In this document: positions 9,480 through 19,871 of the stretch, piece after piece
Position numbering within the stretch: the first letter of the stretch is position 1
How the letters are laid out: every line of letters starts with the position of its first letter
DNA from: an uncultured Candidatus Saccharibacteria bacterium
GTDB lineage: Bacteria > Patescibacteriota > Minisyncoccia > Phycocordibacterales > UBA12088
DNA length: 64,000 bases
Reading direction: 5' to 3'
NCBI GenBank assembly: GCA_964459635.1
Contig: CAYWMQ010000002.1
Location: 6,776 to 70,775, forward strand
The notes under the pieces: model-generated
The model's input: the letters and a program-made list of their open reading frames with translations, nothing else
Told to the model about the DNA's origin: nothing
Database searches by the model: none
Translations under genes and position numbers: made by a program

Positions 9480-9665
9480 CACCTACCTATCCCTAATGAT
9501 TGCCTGTAACATATTTCGCCCATCTGGTAATTAACACACACTGCCCGCTCACCCACTCCATACTTCACACTCTCGTCTGAGGTGCGGGCTGCACACCTCG
9601 CACTCACTAAAACGCACGAATGACGTATACTGTAGGTACTTATCCAAATAGCGTTCTTGTTGCTT

Positions 9666-9980
9666 ATGCGGTACCTATACATATTCCTTGCCGTCGCCAT
9701 TCTGGGCGCTGTCGGCTACTGGTACGCCGAACGAAATGACTGGTGGGGCTTTTTTGAAGCACCACTCCCAAGCGCGCCGCCAACCGCCGAGGAGCGCGAA
9801 CGTATGGCCGAAGTGGAGCGCACGAGCCAAACACAAGCGGAGAACCCTAAACCCGGCGCAGGCGTGTTGCCGCCGGGCTCACGTCCACCGGTACAGCCCG
9901 CAACTAGCACAGAGGCCACAACTACCGAAGAGTCTGACGCAATAGCGAGTACTACTGACACAGAGGCAACTTCACGCTAG
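9666..9980 (+). CDS. Membrane-anchored hypothetical protein with Pro/Thr-rich tail
   Basis: N-terminal hydrophobic helix and low-complexity C-terminus. Confidence 0.7.
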   Translation: MRYLYIFLAVAILGAVGYWYAERNDWWGFFEAPLPSAPPTAEERERMAEVERTSQTQAENPKPGAGVLPPGSRPPVQPATSTEATTTEESDAIASTTDTEATSR

Positions 9981-10030
9981 CCTCCGTACCCGTTGCCGCA
10001 TCCGCATACGATTCCCCCATACGCACGCCC

Positions 10031-11458
10031 CTACCTATACGATCGCTCCGCAAAGCTGAGCATCGCATTCATGTCGGCGGCAAGATCTGCCGAATCCAGC
10101 ACAATGAGCGCCAGGCGTCGGCGTGTCCGGCCGATGTTGACCTCCACTACGGCAAGACCGTCTCGCAGTGAGCCATCGTGTGGCGCGCGCAGCTCTGTCC
10201 CCGTGGCAAACGCCATCATGACCGCCGCCGTGTCGTCCTTGCGTGAACGCGCTACTTGCTCCGTGGCACCACCCAAAAAGCGTGCATCCTCCGCAAGCGG
10301 ATGCGCGGGCGTAAGGCCCGTGATGCGCGGCTCCCCATACGTGCGCGTGTTCGCGCGCCCCGCGCTCATCGACAAAATGAACGAGCGGTTTTGCTCCAAG
10401 TAGCGCAAGAGCAAGAAAATATCTTCCGCTGTCGTCTTTGCGTGATAGGACCCATCTTCGGCGCGGTTAAAGGTCGTAGCGCGCAAACCGAGTGAGCGAG
10501 CTTTATTGGAAAGAAGCGTCTCAAAGCGCCGCTCTCCAAAGTAGGCCGCGAGCGAGCGAGCGGCGTCGGGCGAGCTTTTAAGCAAAAGCGGGAAAAAGAG
10601 CTCATAGATACTGTACGAGGTTCCGGATGTAAAGCCCGCGTCCGGATCTACGTCGCCTTCCACACGCACCGACCGCTCAATGTTCTCATACTCACTCGCC
10701 ACCACCGCGGTCAAAAGCGTGGGGAGTGTTTGCGTTTCATGCGTATCAGTCGGCGCACCCGCAAGCAACACGAAGTTGTTGGCAAGATCGGCCACAAGGT
10801 ACCGCTTGGCGCTCACCGCAGGTGCAGCGAGCGTATAGCTCGGCCCCTCCGGCTGTGCGTCGGCCTCGTGCACGAGTATCGGCATACCGACCTTGACTCG
10901 CTCGTACACTTGCGCCGCATACGCATCTTCGAGGCGTATGCAGCCGCCTGAGTACCGCGAATCCACCGGCGTACCGTCGTCGTAGTGCGGCCAGCCATGG
11001 ATAAAAAAGTTCCCTTGGAACGGTATGGAGTACGGCATGTGCACACGACCGAACGACGAGAAGTGTGAGCGCTCCTTGCCCTCCGCCCGGTAGAGACCGG
11101 ACGGTGTTTCCCACCAACTCCCCTCTTTGCCTTTGCTCTTGATAGGCACGCGTAAGGTGCTGGTACCCTTCTCGTACACCGTGAGGGTCATGGCTTCCAG
11201 ATCCGCTTCAATAAAGCTCGCGCTGTCGCGTATAAACTCCTCCTTGACCTCATTGAAGAAGTCAGCGCGCGCAAGCTCGGGCCAAATGCCATACTCAAGC
11301 ACGGTGCTGGAGGCCGCTGCCGCCCCAAGCGTGATGCGATAGTTGTCCACCTTGTCGCGCGCAAGGAGCGCCGCCGTCCCCGCTCCAAGAAGGGTACCCG
11401 CCACCACGCACACAAGCGCGAGGGCAAAGTTGACGTGGCTTTCGAGAAGGAAACGCAT
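10031..11458 (-). CDS. L,D-transpeptidase (YkuD) fused to a degenerate peptidase S11 domain
   Basis: TPSGLY, FIHGW and SGGCIRL intact; C-terminal PBP-like domain lacks SxxK/SxN/KTG. Confidence 0.8.
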   Translation of the reverse strand: MRFLLESHVNFALALVCVVAGTLLGAGTAALLARDKVDNYRITLGAAAASSTVLEYGIWPELARADFFNEVKEEFIRDSASFIEADLEAMTLTVYEKGTSTLRVPIKSKGKEGSWWETPSGLYRAEGKERSHFSSFGRVHMPYSIPFQGNFFIHGWPHYDDGTPVDSRYSGGCIRLEDAYAAQVYERVKVGMPILVHEADAQPEGPSYTLAAPAVSAKRYLVADLANNFVLLAGAPTDTHETQTLPTLLTAVVASEYENIERSVRVEGDVDPDAGFTSGTSYSIYELFFPLLLKSSPDAARSLAAYFGERRFETLLSNKARSLGLRATTFNRAEDGSYHAKTTAEDIFLLLRYLEQNRSFILSMSAGRANTRTYGEPRITGLTPAHPLAEDARFLGGATEQVARSRKDDTAAVMMAFATGTELRAPHDGSLRDGLAVVEVNIGRTRRRLALIVLDSADLAADMNAMLSFAERSYR

Positions 11459-11627
11459 ACGGAGTACAGAGTGTGGAGTTTAGAGATCAGAGATTCAAGG
11501 CAGCGGGATGCGAGGACATATGCATATAGCGATAGGGGAACACAAGCGGCAAGGGTACGCGGGTTGGGAAAAACATGCACCTGCTCAGATAGTTAGTGTA
11601 CTATATACACTAACTATTTAATACTGC

Positions 11628-12197
11628 TTAGCGGTACTTCGGCGGCTCCTCGGCCACACCCTCCGCAAAGTTGGCGTAGCGGGCGAGCGCAAAGAGGACC
11701 GACGAAAGCCTGTTGAGGTATGCGAGCGTGTGCTTGGAAAGCTTCCGGATGCCGGCCTCATGCAAGCCCACCGCCCGCCGCTCCGCGCGCCGCGCCAGGG
11801 TGCGCACCACATCAAGGATGGCCGAAAGCTCCGTACCGCCCGCGAGTGCGAATGTCTTCAAAGGCGGTATCGCGTGCTCTACGGTGTCCGTAATACGCTC
11901 TGCGCGCAGCACTTTCGCACGCGTGAGCTTTTTCGGTGCGCCGGCAAGCTCGGCCTGCACGATGAACAAGTTTTGCTGCACCTCATAGAGAAGCGCCTCA
12001 ATGCTCGCGGCTTTTGTGCCGAGCGCGAGCGGCCGCGGTGCACTGCGGCGTGCCACGGCACGGGCGAGCCCCACGAACGAATTCACCTCGTCAAAGGTGC
12101 CCAGTGCCTCCGGCAGCGCAGACGCTTTCGAGATACGCTCCGGCCCCGAGTCAAACACCCGGGTCGTGCCCGCATCACCTTTTCGTGTGTACAGCAT
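11628..12197 (-). CDS. ATP:cob(I)alamin adenosyltransferase, PduO type
   Basis: YTRKGDAGTT, GTFDEVNS, RTLARRAER, YLNRLS motifs. Confidence 0.9.
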   Translation of the reverse strand: MLYTRKGDAGTTRVFDSGPERISKASALPEALGTFDEVNSFVGLARAVARRSAPRPLALGTKAASIEALLYEVQQNLFIVQAELAGAPKKLTRAKVLRAERITDTVEHAIPPLKTFALAGGTELSAILDVVRTLARRAERRAVGLHEAGIRKLSKHTLAYLNRLSSVLFALARYANFAEGVAEEPPKYR

Positions 12198-12230
12198 AGC
12201 TCCAGTATACCGCACCGCATGGACAAAAAA

Positions 12231-12258
12231 GAAACGGCATCAAGATGATGCCGTTTCT
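12231..12258 (-). terminator. Intrinsic terminator
   Basis: GAAACGGCATC-AA-GATGATGCCGTTTC hairpin followed by a U-tract on the minus strand. Confidence 0.7.
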
Positions 12259-12548
12259 GCGATAGGCTCTACCGCCAAGGTGCGCTTTTCCTTCGCACTA
12301 CGGTATTCAAGAACCTTCTGCACCGCGTACCTTATGGTATTTTCAGATACTCGTGCCGGTACGACAATGCGAGGACTAACCGCTACCCTGCCTGGGAACT
12401 CCTCCTGATCGGACACCATATACGTACGGTATGCACACAACGCCACGGCAGTGCCGCGTTCGACATGGCGGCGAACTTCTGCCACAAGTACTTCCTCTTC
12501 ATGGTCGTGGCGACCGAGAGAGCTTGCGACAGGCTTCCGAAAAAACAT
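12240..12548 (-). CDS. Hypothetical ORFan with SD
   Basis: AGGAG 5 nt before ATG; 102 aa; terminator at the end. Confidence 0.55.
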   Translation of the reverse strand: MFFRKPVASSLGRHDHEEEVLVAEVRRHVERGTAVALCAYRTYMVSDQEEFPGRVAVSPRIVVPARVSENTIRYAVQKVLEYRSAKEKRTLAVEPIAETASS

Positions 12549-12859
12549 GTCTGCTCCTAAGTGAGAAGATGGACAGCGAGCACGTACACGCCTGTGCACG
12601 CAACGATGGGGCCAAGAGGCCTGCACGGCCACGGGGCCTTTTCCCAGATGTAGAGATGGGTTTGATGCAACATATCGGTCGCATCGCGCGCTATGCGTCG
12701 CGCCGCATACCACCGGGCTTCCCACTGGTATGGGCGGCATGCGTCAATTAGGTCATGCATTGGATCTTTCCTTGATGCTCCCCCTTTGGTCTACCTTTAT
12801 GAAAACACGCTTCATTTTGTGGGTCAAGACGCGCACACGTTCATGGTATACTGCGCCTC

Positions 12860-14998
12860 ATGAACCCTGAGCAGCCGCTCGCGGATATCATGCGCATACC
12901 AGACGCAGAAGCGCGGGCACTCAAGCGCCTCGGCATAGCAACCGCGCGCGACCTCCTCTACCACCTCCCCGCTCGCTACGAACGCGCGGGCGATGTGCGC
13001 ACCATAGGCGGTATCGCGACCGGCACCGAAGCCATACTCTACGGGACTTTGCGCAAACCGGAGACGAGAAAAACATGGAAAACGAAGCGGCCCATTGCTG
13101 AGGCATGGCTTGAGGACGGCACGGGCAAGCTGAAACTCATGTGGTTCAACCAGCCGTACATTGCAAAGATGTACCCCGACGGACTCACGGTGAAAGTGTC
13201 AGGCCGCATAGACGGCACGCCCCCGTACATGGCAAACCCAGAGATAGAGCGCATTGAGCGTATACCGGTAGGTGGCACCGGGCCGCTCTTTAAGGAGACG
13301 AGCGATGAGCTCCTCGCGGTATACCCGGAGTCACAGGGCGTGTCTTCACGCTGGATGCGGCATGCGATAGCGCGGCTTTTGCGTGAGGGAGCACACGAGG
13401 CTCTGCCCGATCCGATACCTGAGCCGATACGCACACGCTACCGCTTGCCCTCACTTGCTGCGGCACTCGTGTACATACACACACCCAAGCGCGACAAGGA
13501 CGCCGCCGCCGCACGCAAGCGCTTTGCATTCGAGGAAGTGTTTACGATACAGGTGGCCGCACAACAGGAGCGTGCCGGGCTCGCGAAGCTCCCCACACCC
13601 GCTATACCGGACGGGCCGGGCCGTGCCAGGGAGCTTGAGGCACGACTGCCTTTTCGTCTCACACGGGGCCAAGAGCGTGCCGTGGCGGCAATACTCTCCG
13701 ACATGAGCGCACCACCCGCCATGAGCCGCTTGCTTGAGGGCGACGTCGGGAGCGGTAAAACGGCCGTTGCCGCGCTCACCTCGTATGCGGTCGTGACGAG
13801 CGCGCCCAAAGGCCGACCGTCCGCCAACTACCAGGTAGCGTACATGGCGCCCACTGAGGTATTGGCGCAGCAGCATTTTGAGTCTTTCATTTCATTATTC
13901 AAGCACCTCCCCATACAGCTGGGGCTACTTACCGGAAGCGTGTGCCGTAGGTTTCCGTCGAAGGTGCGCGCAAGCGAGAGCACGCCTGTGTCGCGTGCTC
14001 AGCTCTTGAAGCAAGTCGCGAGCGGCGAGATATCCATGCTCATAGGCACGCATGCGCTCATACAAAAGAGCGTGGCCTTTCGCGACCTCGCGTATGTGAT
14101 AGTGGACGAGCAGCACCGCTTCGGGGTCAACCAGCGCCGCACACTCGTACGTAAAGATGGGACACTGCCTCACTTTCTTTCTATGACCGCCACGCCGATA
14201 CCACGTACGCTCGCCCTTACCCTGTACGGTGACCTAGACCTGACGGTGCTCGATGAAATGCCCGCAGGCAGGAAGCCCGTACATACCGAGGTGGTGCCAA
14301 AAGGCGGGCGCGCGGCCATGTACACCGCGCTCCGTGCCGAGCTCACCGCGGGCAGGCAAGCGTACGTGATATGCCCGCGCATAGACGAGGCGGACCCAAG
14401 CAAAGCTGCTGCGCTCGTGACGAAGTCCGTGACGGCGGAGGCGGCACGGCTTGCGGCGGGCGAACTTAAGGGATTTCGTGTGGCGCTGCTCCACGGCCAG
14501 ATGAAACCGAACGAGAAAGATGTGGTCATGCGCGCGTTCCTCGCACACGAGGCAGACGTGCTCGTGGCTACATCGGTGGTGGAAGTGGGGGTCAACGTAC
14601 CGAACGCCACGGTCATCATCATTGAAGGCGCGGAGCGTTTTGGGCTGGCACAGCTCCACCAGCTGCGCGGCCGCGTCGTACGGTCTACCCATCAAGCCTA
14701 CTGCTACCTCCTCACGAGCGAGGGTCAACACAACAGCCGCCTCACCGCGCTCGCGAAAGCGAAGAGCGGCTTTGAGCTGGCGGAGCTTGACCTCAAGCTC
14801 CGAGGCCCGGGCGAGCTCTACGGGCGAAGCCAGTCCGGACTTTCCGACATCGGCATGGAGGCGCTCAAAAACCTGAAGCTCGTGGAAGCCGCACGCGATG
14901 AAGCACGCGCGCTTGTGGCTCTGGACAGCGCGCTTTCACATTACCCCGCGCTCGCCCACGCGGTCGCTCGCCGCCGCGAGCGCTTGCACTTTGAGTAA
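12860..14998 (+). CDS. recG: ATP-dependent DNA helicase RecG
   Basis: OB wedge domain, GDVGSGKT, DEQHRFG, MTATPIPRT, QLRGRV, TRG motif. Confidence 0.97.
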   Translation: MNPEQPLADIMRIPDAEARALKRLGIATARDLLYHLPARYERAGDVRTIGGIATGTEAILYGTLRKPETRKTWKTKRPIAEAWLEDGTGKLKLMWFNQPYIAKMYPDGLTVKVSGRIDGTPPYMANPEIERIERIPVGGTGPLFKETSDELLAVYPESQGVSSRWMRHAIARLLREGAHEALPDPIPEPIRTRYRLPSLAAALVYIHTPKRDKDAAAARKRFAFEEVFTIQVAAQQERAGLAKLPTPAIPDGPGRARELEARLPFRLTRGQERAVAAILSDMSAPPAMSRLLEGDVGSGKTAVAALTSYAVVTSAPKGRPSANYQVAYMAPTEVLAQQHFESFISLFKHLPIQLGLLTGSVCRRFPSKVRASESTPVSRAQLLKQVASGEISMLIGTHALIQKSVAFRDLAYVIVDEQHRFGVNQRRTLVRKDGTLPHFLSMTATPIPRTLALTLYGDLDLTVLDEMPAGRKPVHTEVVPKGGRAAMYTALRAELTAGRQAYVICPRIDEADPSKAAALVTKSVTAEAARLAAGELKGFRVALLHGQMKPNEKDVVMRAFLAHEADVLVATSVVEVGVNVPNATVIIIEGAERFGLAQLHQLRGRVVRSTHQAYCYLLTSEGQHNSRLTALAKAKSGFELAELDLKLRGPGELYGRSQSGLSDIGMEALKNLKLVEAARDEARALVALDSALSHYPALAHAVARRRERLHFE

Positions 14999-15002
14999 CA
15001 GG

Positions 15003-15076
15003 TGCGCGTGCCAGGGCTCGAACCTGGGACCGCCGAGGTATAAGCTCGGAGCTACTACCAACTGAGCTACACGCGC
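15003..15076 (-). tRNA. tRNA-Ile with TAT (UAU) anticodon
   Basis: Acceptor GCGCGTG/CACGCGC, discriminator A, anticodon arm CCGAG-CTTATAC-CTCGG, T-loop GGTTCGAGCC. Confidence 0.92.
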
Positions 15077-15253
15077 AATACTTGTTGTCAAACGTACTCC
15101 CCACCTATTCGCGCACAGAACCGTTACCTGCCACGACAGCTATGCGCGCGTACGGGTACTATATAGCGCACAGGCACAAAACGCAAAACACCGACGTGGG
15201 GCCGGTGTTTTGCGCATCGCTGTGATGCTAAGGCGCTGCGCTATCATCCTGCG

Positions 15254-16699
15254 CTACTCACCGGGAGTGGGTGCAGACGTGGTCGCCCAGCTTGGGGCGG
15301 TGCCGGTGCTTGTGTTCATGTTCGTACGGTATATGGCCTCGCCAGCGCGTGCTTCAGGGGCAACCGGTGCGGAAGTGGTGCTTGTGCCCCAGCGTACGGA
15401 GTCGGAAAGCGTGCCATCGCTACGGTACAGACGCACGCTATCGCCGTCGTTGTCGAGTCCGTTACCAATGCTCATACTCAGTACCAACCACGCCGTACCT
15501 GTTGGTAGCGTCCAGAATTCATCCGTTGAGGTCGCGGGCGTGATGAGCGCATATGCTCCGGGCGCAAGGAGTCGCGTAGTTGTAGCGAGCGTGCGCGTGG
15601 CCGTGTCATCGCGCAGAGTCCAGCCCATCAGGTCTACGGTGGTGGAGCCGCTGTTCCAAAGCTCCACCCATTCGTTTTCCGGTTCTTCACCCCATGCACT
15701 GGTGGTGCCACTCCGGTACAACACCTCCGTGATACTTACGGTACCTGTTGCAGCAGTGGTCGTCGCGGGTGTCGTGGTCGCGGGTGTTGTTGTAGCAGGC
15801 GTGGTCGTGGCAGGTGTGGTTGTCGCCGGAGTAGTCGTCGCGGTCGTAGTCGTGGCAGATGTCGTGGTAGCGGAGCCTGAAGTTGCCATGCGCGAGAATC
15901 CGACGGTTACCGAGTCGGTGGTCGTACCCCTCTCATTTGCACAGGCGAGCGCGTACGTACTTGTCGCGTTTACCGTGACCGTACTGCTGCCCGTCGTAGC
16001 CCTGGACCCGCTCCATGCATTTGTGGCGATACAGCTATTTGCGTTTGTGCTGCTCCACGTGAGCGTGGTACTCGCCGGTGCGGTACCTGTGGCAGTCACC
16101 GTTTGAGGATCTGCACTGAGGTCAACAGTCGGAAGCGCCATAGTGGAGGTAGAGGTGGTACCTGTCGAGGTGCCAGTTGTGGTACCTGTCACTGTGAGCA
16201 TGATCGTGCGGGATGTTGTGCCCCGCTCATTCGCACACGCGAGGCTATACTCGGTGCTCGTCGCCGGCGATACGGCTGCCGTACCGGACGCGACGCGTGT
16301 GCCTGTCCAGCCTCCTGACGCAAGACACGTGTCCGCATACAGCGCGTTCCACATAAGGGTGCTGGTCGCTCCCGTAGCTATCGTTCCCGGGTTTGCGGAG
16401 AAAGTAAGCGCAACCGGCCGCGCCGGAGTACCGCTCCCCTCCTCACAAAACGCGGGGAGCTCTATGCCATACCTGTCTTGGAGTCCCGCGTACCGCGTAC
16501 ATATGCGCTCTTCGGCACGCGCAAGTCGCTCTTCAATACGCTGCAGGGCGCGCTCTATCCGCGCGTCTATCCGCTCTTGTATGCGCTCAAACAGGAGGTA
16601 TGTGTTGTCTGTCGTGGTTGCCTGCGCCTGCACCGTGTGCGGAAGCACGGAAGCGCACAAAGCTACAAGCAGAAGCGCAACGCTGGTTTGTATCTTCAT
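15254..16699 (-). CDS. Secreted surface protein: coiled coil, two Ig-like repeats, TTTPA linker, lamin-tail-like domain
   Basis: Signal peptide; repeated W...C.A...W.G...Y.LACANERGTT; C-terminal ITEV...EWVEL.N...VDL.GW.L.D and PTPG end. Confidence 0.8.
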   Translation of the reverse strand: MKIQTSVALLLVALCASVLPHTVQAQATTTDNTYLLFERIQERIDARIERALQRIEERLARAEERICTRYAGLQDRYGIELPAFCEEGSGTPARPVALTFSANPGTIATGATSTLMWNALYADTCLASGGWTGTRVASGTAAVSPATSTEYSLACANERGTTSRTIMLTVTGTTTGTSTGTTSTSTMALPTVDLSADPQTVTATGTAPASTTLTWSSTNANSCIATNAWSGSRATTGSSTVTVNATSTYALACANERGTTTDSVTVGFSRMATSGSATTTSATTTTATTTPATTTPATTTPATTTPATTTPATTTAATGTVSITEVLYRSGTTSAWGEEPENEWVELWNSGSTTVDLMGWTLRDDTATRTLATTTRLLAPGAYALITPATSTDEFWTLPTGTAWLVLSMSIGNGLDNDGDSVRLYRSDGTLSDSVRWGTSTTSAPVAPEARAGEAIYRTNMNTSTGTAPSWATTSAPTPGE

Positions 16700-16893
16700 G
16701 GTAGGTAATGCAGAGTAGCATGGTTACCTGATAAGTCTTACCGTATAAGGTGCGGTGCGCGTTGTGACGCCGCTGTGTCAGAGCACGCACCTGCTGCATA
16801 CTCTATGGTACGCATTGGACATGAAAGAGCAGTGACGCCGCGCTCTAGCGTGTTCTGCTCAGCGTGAACATGTGCCATATAGAACAGGCCGCG

Positions 16894-17190
16894 TTACACG
16901 GCCTGTTCTTTGTCTTCTTGAGTAGAGTCTTTGGGTATCGCGCCAAGCGCAGCGAGACGTTCCAGCACCGGTACAGGCGCGGCTCCGTCTCGCGGTATCT
17001 TTTCGCGTATCGGGACCGCGTGCACCTCCGTGCCCACCTTCACCAAAAAATACTCTGCGTCATGCGGGTCATCCGTATCGAGCGTTACCGTATCCCCATA
17101 TTTTTCTTGCACGCGCGCAATGAGCTCATGCTTCGCTGCATGCATCGCTTCGCCCGCATCAGGAGATTGCTCTGCACTATTTTTTGTCAT
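16894..17190 (-). CDS. Hypothetical protein downstream of ftsH
   Basis: 98-aa ORF starting 2 bp after the ftsH stop. Confidence 0.65.
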   Translation of the reverse strand: MTKNSAEQSPDAGEAMHAAKHELIARVQEKYGDTVTLDTDDPHDAEYFLVKVGTEVHAVPIREKIPRDGAAPVPVLERLAALGAIPKDSTQEDKEQAV

Positions 17191-17192
17191 AG

Positions 17193-19157
17193 TTAGACGA
17201 TATGGTTGCCCACCCGCACCTCTTCCGGGTCGCGCTTCTTCGGCTCTATGCCGTGGAGAATGAGTATCTTCTCAAAATCGTCGCGCTCAAGCGTTTCCAC
17301 CTCTATGAGCTTTGCCGCTATAGCGTCAAGTGCCTTGCGGTTGTCCACGATAGCGGTGCGCGCACGGTCATAGGCTTCACGCACAATACGCGCCACCTCC
17401 ACGTCTATCTCGGCGGCCACCTTGTCGCTATACTCACGCTCACCAAGCCCCATCCCGAACATGGTACGGCCACCATCAGACTCGTATGCCATCGGCCCCA
17501 TCTTTTCGCTCATACCCCAGCGCGCGACCATGTTGCGTGCGAGCGCGGTCAACACCTGCAAGTCGTTGGACGCACCTGTGGTGAGATCGCCGAACACAAG
17601 CTCCTCCGCCACGTACCCGCCCAGCGACTTTGCAATGTCGTCCAAAAACTCCTTGCGAGACTGCATACGCCTGTCCTCGAACGGCAGTGTGAGCGTGTAG
17701 CCGGCCGCACGACCACGGCTGATAATGGATATCTTGTGGACCGGATCAGAATGCGGAAGCACCGACCCCACAAGTGCATGTCCCGCCTCATGGTAAGCGG
17801 TAATCTCTTTTTCACGCCTTGAGAGAACATGGCTCTTGCGTTCGGGACCGAGCATGACCTTCTCGATCGAACGAATAAGGTCATACTGCGTGATCTTTTT
17901 ACGGTCCTCGCGCGCGGCAAGGATGGCCGCCTCATTCATGAGGTTCATGAGATCGGCACCTGAAAAGCCCACGGTACGCTCCGCTATGGTCGCCATGTTC
18001 ACATCTTCGCCCAAAGGCTTCTTGCGCGCATGCACCTCAAGTATCGCCTCCCGATCACCGCGATCGGGAAGGTCTATGGTCACGCGCCTGTCGAAGCGAC
18101 CGGGGCGCATGAGCGCAGGGTCCAGCACATCCGGCCTGTTGCTCGCGGCCATGATGATTATTTTTTCGTTCGGCTCAAAACCGTCCATCTCCACGAGTAT
18201 CTGATTGAGCGTTTGTTCACGTTCATCATTGCCACCGCCTACACCGGTGCCGCGTACGCGTCCCACCGCGTCTATCTCGTCAATAAATATTATTGCCGGG
18301 GCGGCCTTTTTCGCCATCCGAAAGAGGTCGCGCACCCGCGACGCGCCCACACCCACGAAGAGCTCGACAAACTCCGACCCCGAGATGGAGAAGAACGGCA
18401 CGTTCGCTTCGCCCGACACTGCACGTGCAAGCAGCGTCTTTCCTGTACCGGGCGCCCCCATAAGTAGGACACCCTTCGGGATACGCGCGCCAATATCCAG
18501 GAACTTCTTCGGGTTCTTCAAGAAGTCCACTATTTCGGTAAGCTCTTCTTTTGCCTCTTTCGCACCCGCCACATCCTTAAACGTGATGCGCTGATGCTTG
18601 TCAGCGGGGTCTATCATGCGCGCCTTGCTCTGGCCGAACGTAAAGGCTTGCATGCCGGCACCCTTCACCTGCCGCATCAAGAACCACAGCAGGATGAGTA
18701 TGAATATGAGCGGGAAGAGAAATGGCGCAAGCGTCAAGAACCAAAAGCGCACGCCGTTCTCGTCCGCCACCTCGATAGGTACGTTACGCAGCACTTCTCC
18801 CGATACGCCGTAGTTGTTGAGTGTGTCGGATAGTGCGGTGCCCGCCTCTTTCTTGGCCTTTTTCTCTACGCGCTGCTCGCCCTCACCTGTGTCGTAGGTC
18901 GCCAGTACCTGGTCCCCTTCCACGCGTATGCCTTCGACGGAACCCGCCAGGATGTCTGTCGCAAGCTCAGAGAGCGAGATCTCCGCCGGCGCTTCGCCCC
19001 GGTCGGCGAAGTACGAGAATACGCCCGTAAGGGCAAGCAGGATCAAAAACGTGAGGACGAGGTTGACCCAAAACTGGCGTCCGGGCTGAAAACTGCCGCC
19101 CTCTTGCTTGTCCGGCCGCTTTCCGGTTTGCGACCGCTTGTCGTGTTCGTGTTCCAT
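17193..19157 (-). CDS. ftsH: ATP-dependent zinc metalloprotease FtsH
   Basis: Two TM helices, [28 protein letters not shown]. Confidence 0.97.
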   Translation of the reverse strand: MEHEHDKRSQTGKRPDKQEGGSFQPGRQFWVNLVLTFLILLALTGVFSYFADRGEAPAEISLSELATDILAGSVEGIRVEGDQVLATYDTGEGEQRVEKKAKKEAGTALSDTLNNYGVSGEVLRNVPIEVADENGVRFWFLTLAPFLFPLIFILILLWFLMRQVKGAGMQAFTFGQSKARMIDPADKHQRITFKDVAGAKEAKEELTEIVDFLKNPKKFLDIGARIPKGVLLMGAPGTGKTLLARAVSGEANVPFFSISGSEFVELFVGVGASRVRDLFRMAKKAAPAIIFIDEIDAVGRVRGTGVGGGNDEREQTLNQILVEMDGFEPNEKIIIMAASNRPDVLDPALMRPGRFDRRVTIDLPDRGDREAILEVHARKKPLGEDVNMATIAERTVGFSGADLMNLMNEAAILAAREDRKKITQYDLIRSIEKVMLGPERKSHVLSRREKEITAYHEAGHALVGSVLPHSDPVHKISIISRGRAAGYTLTLPFEDRRMQSRKEFLDDIAKSLGGYVAEELVFGDLTTGASNDLQVLTALARNMVARWGMSEKMGPMAYESDGGRTMFGMGLGEREYSDKVAAEIDVEVARIVREAYDRARTAIVDNRKALDAIAAKLIEVETLERDDFEKILILHGIEPKKRDPEEVRVGNHIV

Positions 19158-19246
19158 ACAGGAGAGTATAGCGCGTTTGTCGCCTCGCGTCACGTATGGT
19201 ATAGTCTCGTGACGGTTTGCGCGTCTTTGCGCAGTACCACCAAAGA

Positions 19247-19837
19247 ATACCCGTGCAAACACCTGACGACAGAGTACGCATAAATAGTGACATCCGCGCC
19301 GCTGAGCTGCGGGTGATGGGACCCGAGGGTGAAAACTTGGGCATTTTGACGCTTGGCGAAGCTCTGCGGAAAGCCGCCGAGTACGAACTCGACCTTATAG
19401 AAGTCTCCGCGCGGGCCGTGCCGCCTGTTGCAAAGATCATGGATTATGGTAAATTCACGTACGAGCAAAAGAAGCGCGACAAGGAAGTGCGGGCAAAGGC
19501 TCACACTACTGAAACCAAGTCCGTGCAAGTAAAGATCGGCACCGGCGAACATGACAAGGCCCTCAAGGCAAACCGCACGGCCGAATGGCTTACGGAGGGC
19601 CATCGGGTGAAGGTGGACCTCTTTCTATGGGGCCGATACAAATATATGGAAGAAGCGTTTCTTAAGGAGCGCCTGATGCGTTTCTTGGAGATGGTGCAGG
19701 TCCCGTGGAAGCTCGCGGAGGAGGTAAAGCGCAGCCCGAAAGGTTTCACCTGCACGATAGAGCGCGACCGCAGCAAGTCGGCGTCCAAAGAGCAGAAGGT
19801 GACTCCGCCGACAAAAGATGCCCCCAAGGAAGCATAA
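19247..19837 (+). CDS. infC: Translation initiation factor IF-3 (start uncertain: ATA 19247 or GTG 19253)
   Basis: RINSDIRAAELRV, LDLIEV, PPVAKIMDYGKF; upstream of rpmI-rplT. Confidence 0.92.
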   Translation: MPVQTPDDRVRINSDIRAAELRVMGPEGENLGILTLGEALRKAAEYELDLIEVSARAVPPVAKIMDYGKFTYEQKKRDKEVRAKAHTTETKSVQVKIGTGEHDKALKANRTAEWLTEGHRVKVDLFLWGRYKYMEEAFLKERLMRFLEMVQVPWKLAEEVKRSPKGFTCTIERDRSKSASKEQKVTPPTKDAPKEA

Positions 19838-19871
19838 CCATACCCATTGTTACTAACGCGTCCGTTCCATT

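Noticed and set aside
7000-9660. Prophage or integrative element at tRNA-Ser
   Set aside because: No integrase, no duplicated tRNA 3' end and no phage structural genes; better described as accumulated small cassettes.
12557-12790. Cobalamin riboswitch upstream of the adenosyltransferase
   Set aside because: GGGAAGCCCGGTG and several hairpins are present, but the AATCC, ACTGT and GCCACTG elements are missing and an ORF plus terminator intervenes. The region may instead be a 67-aa ORF or another structured leader.
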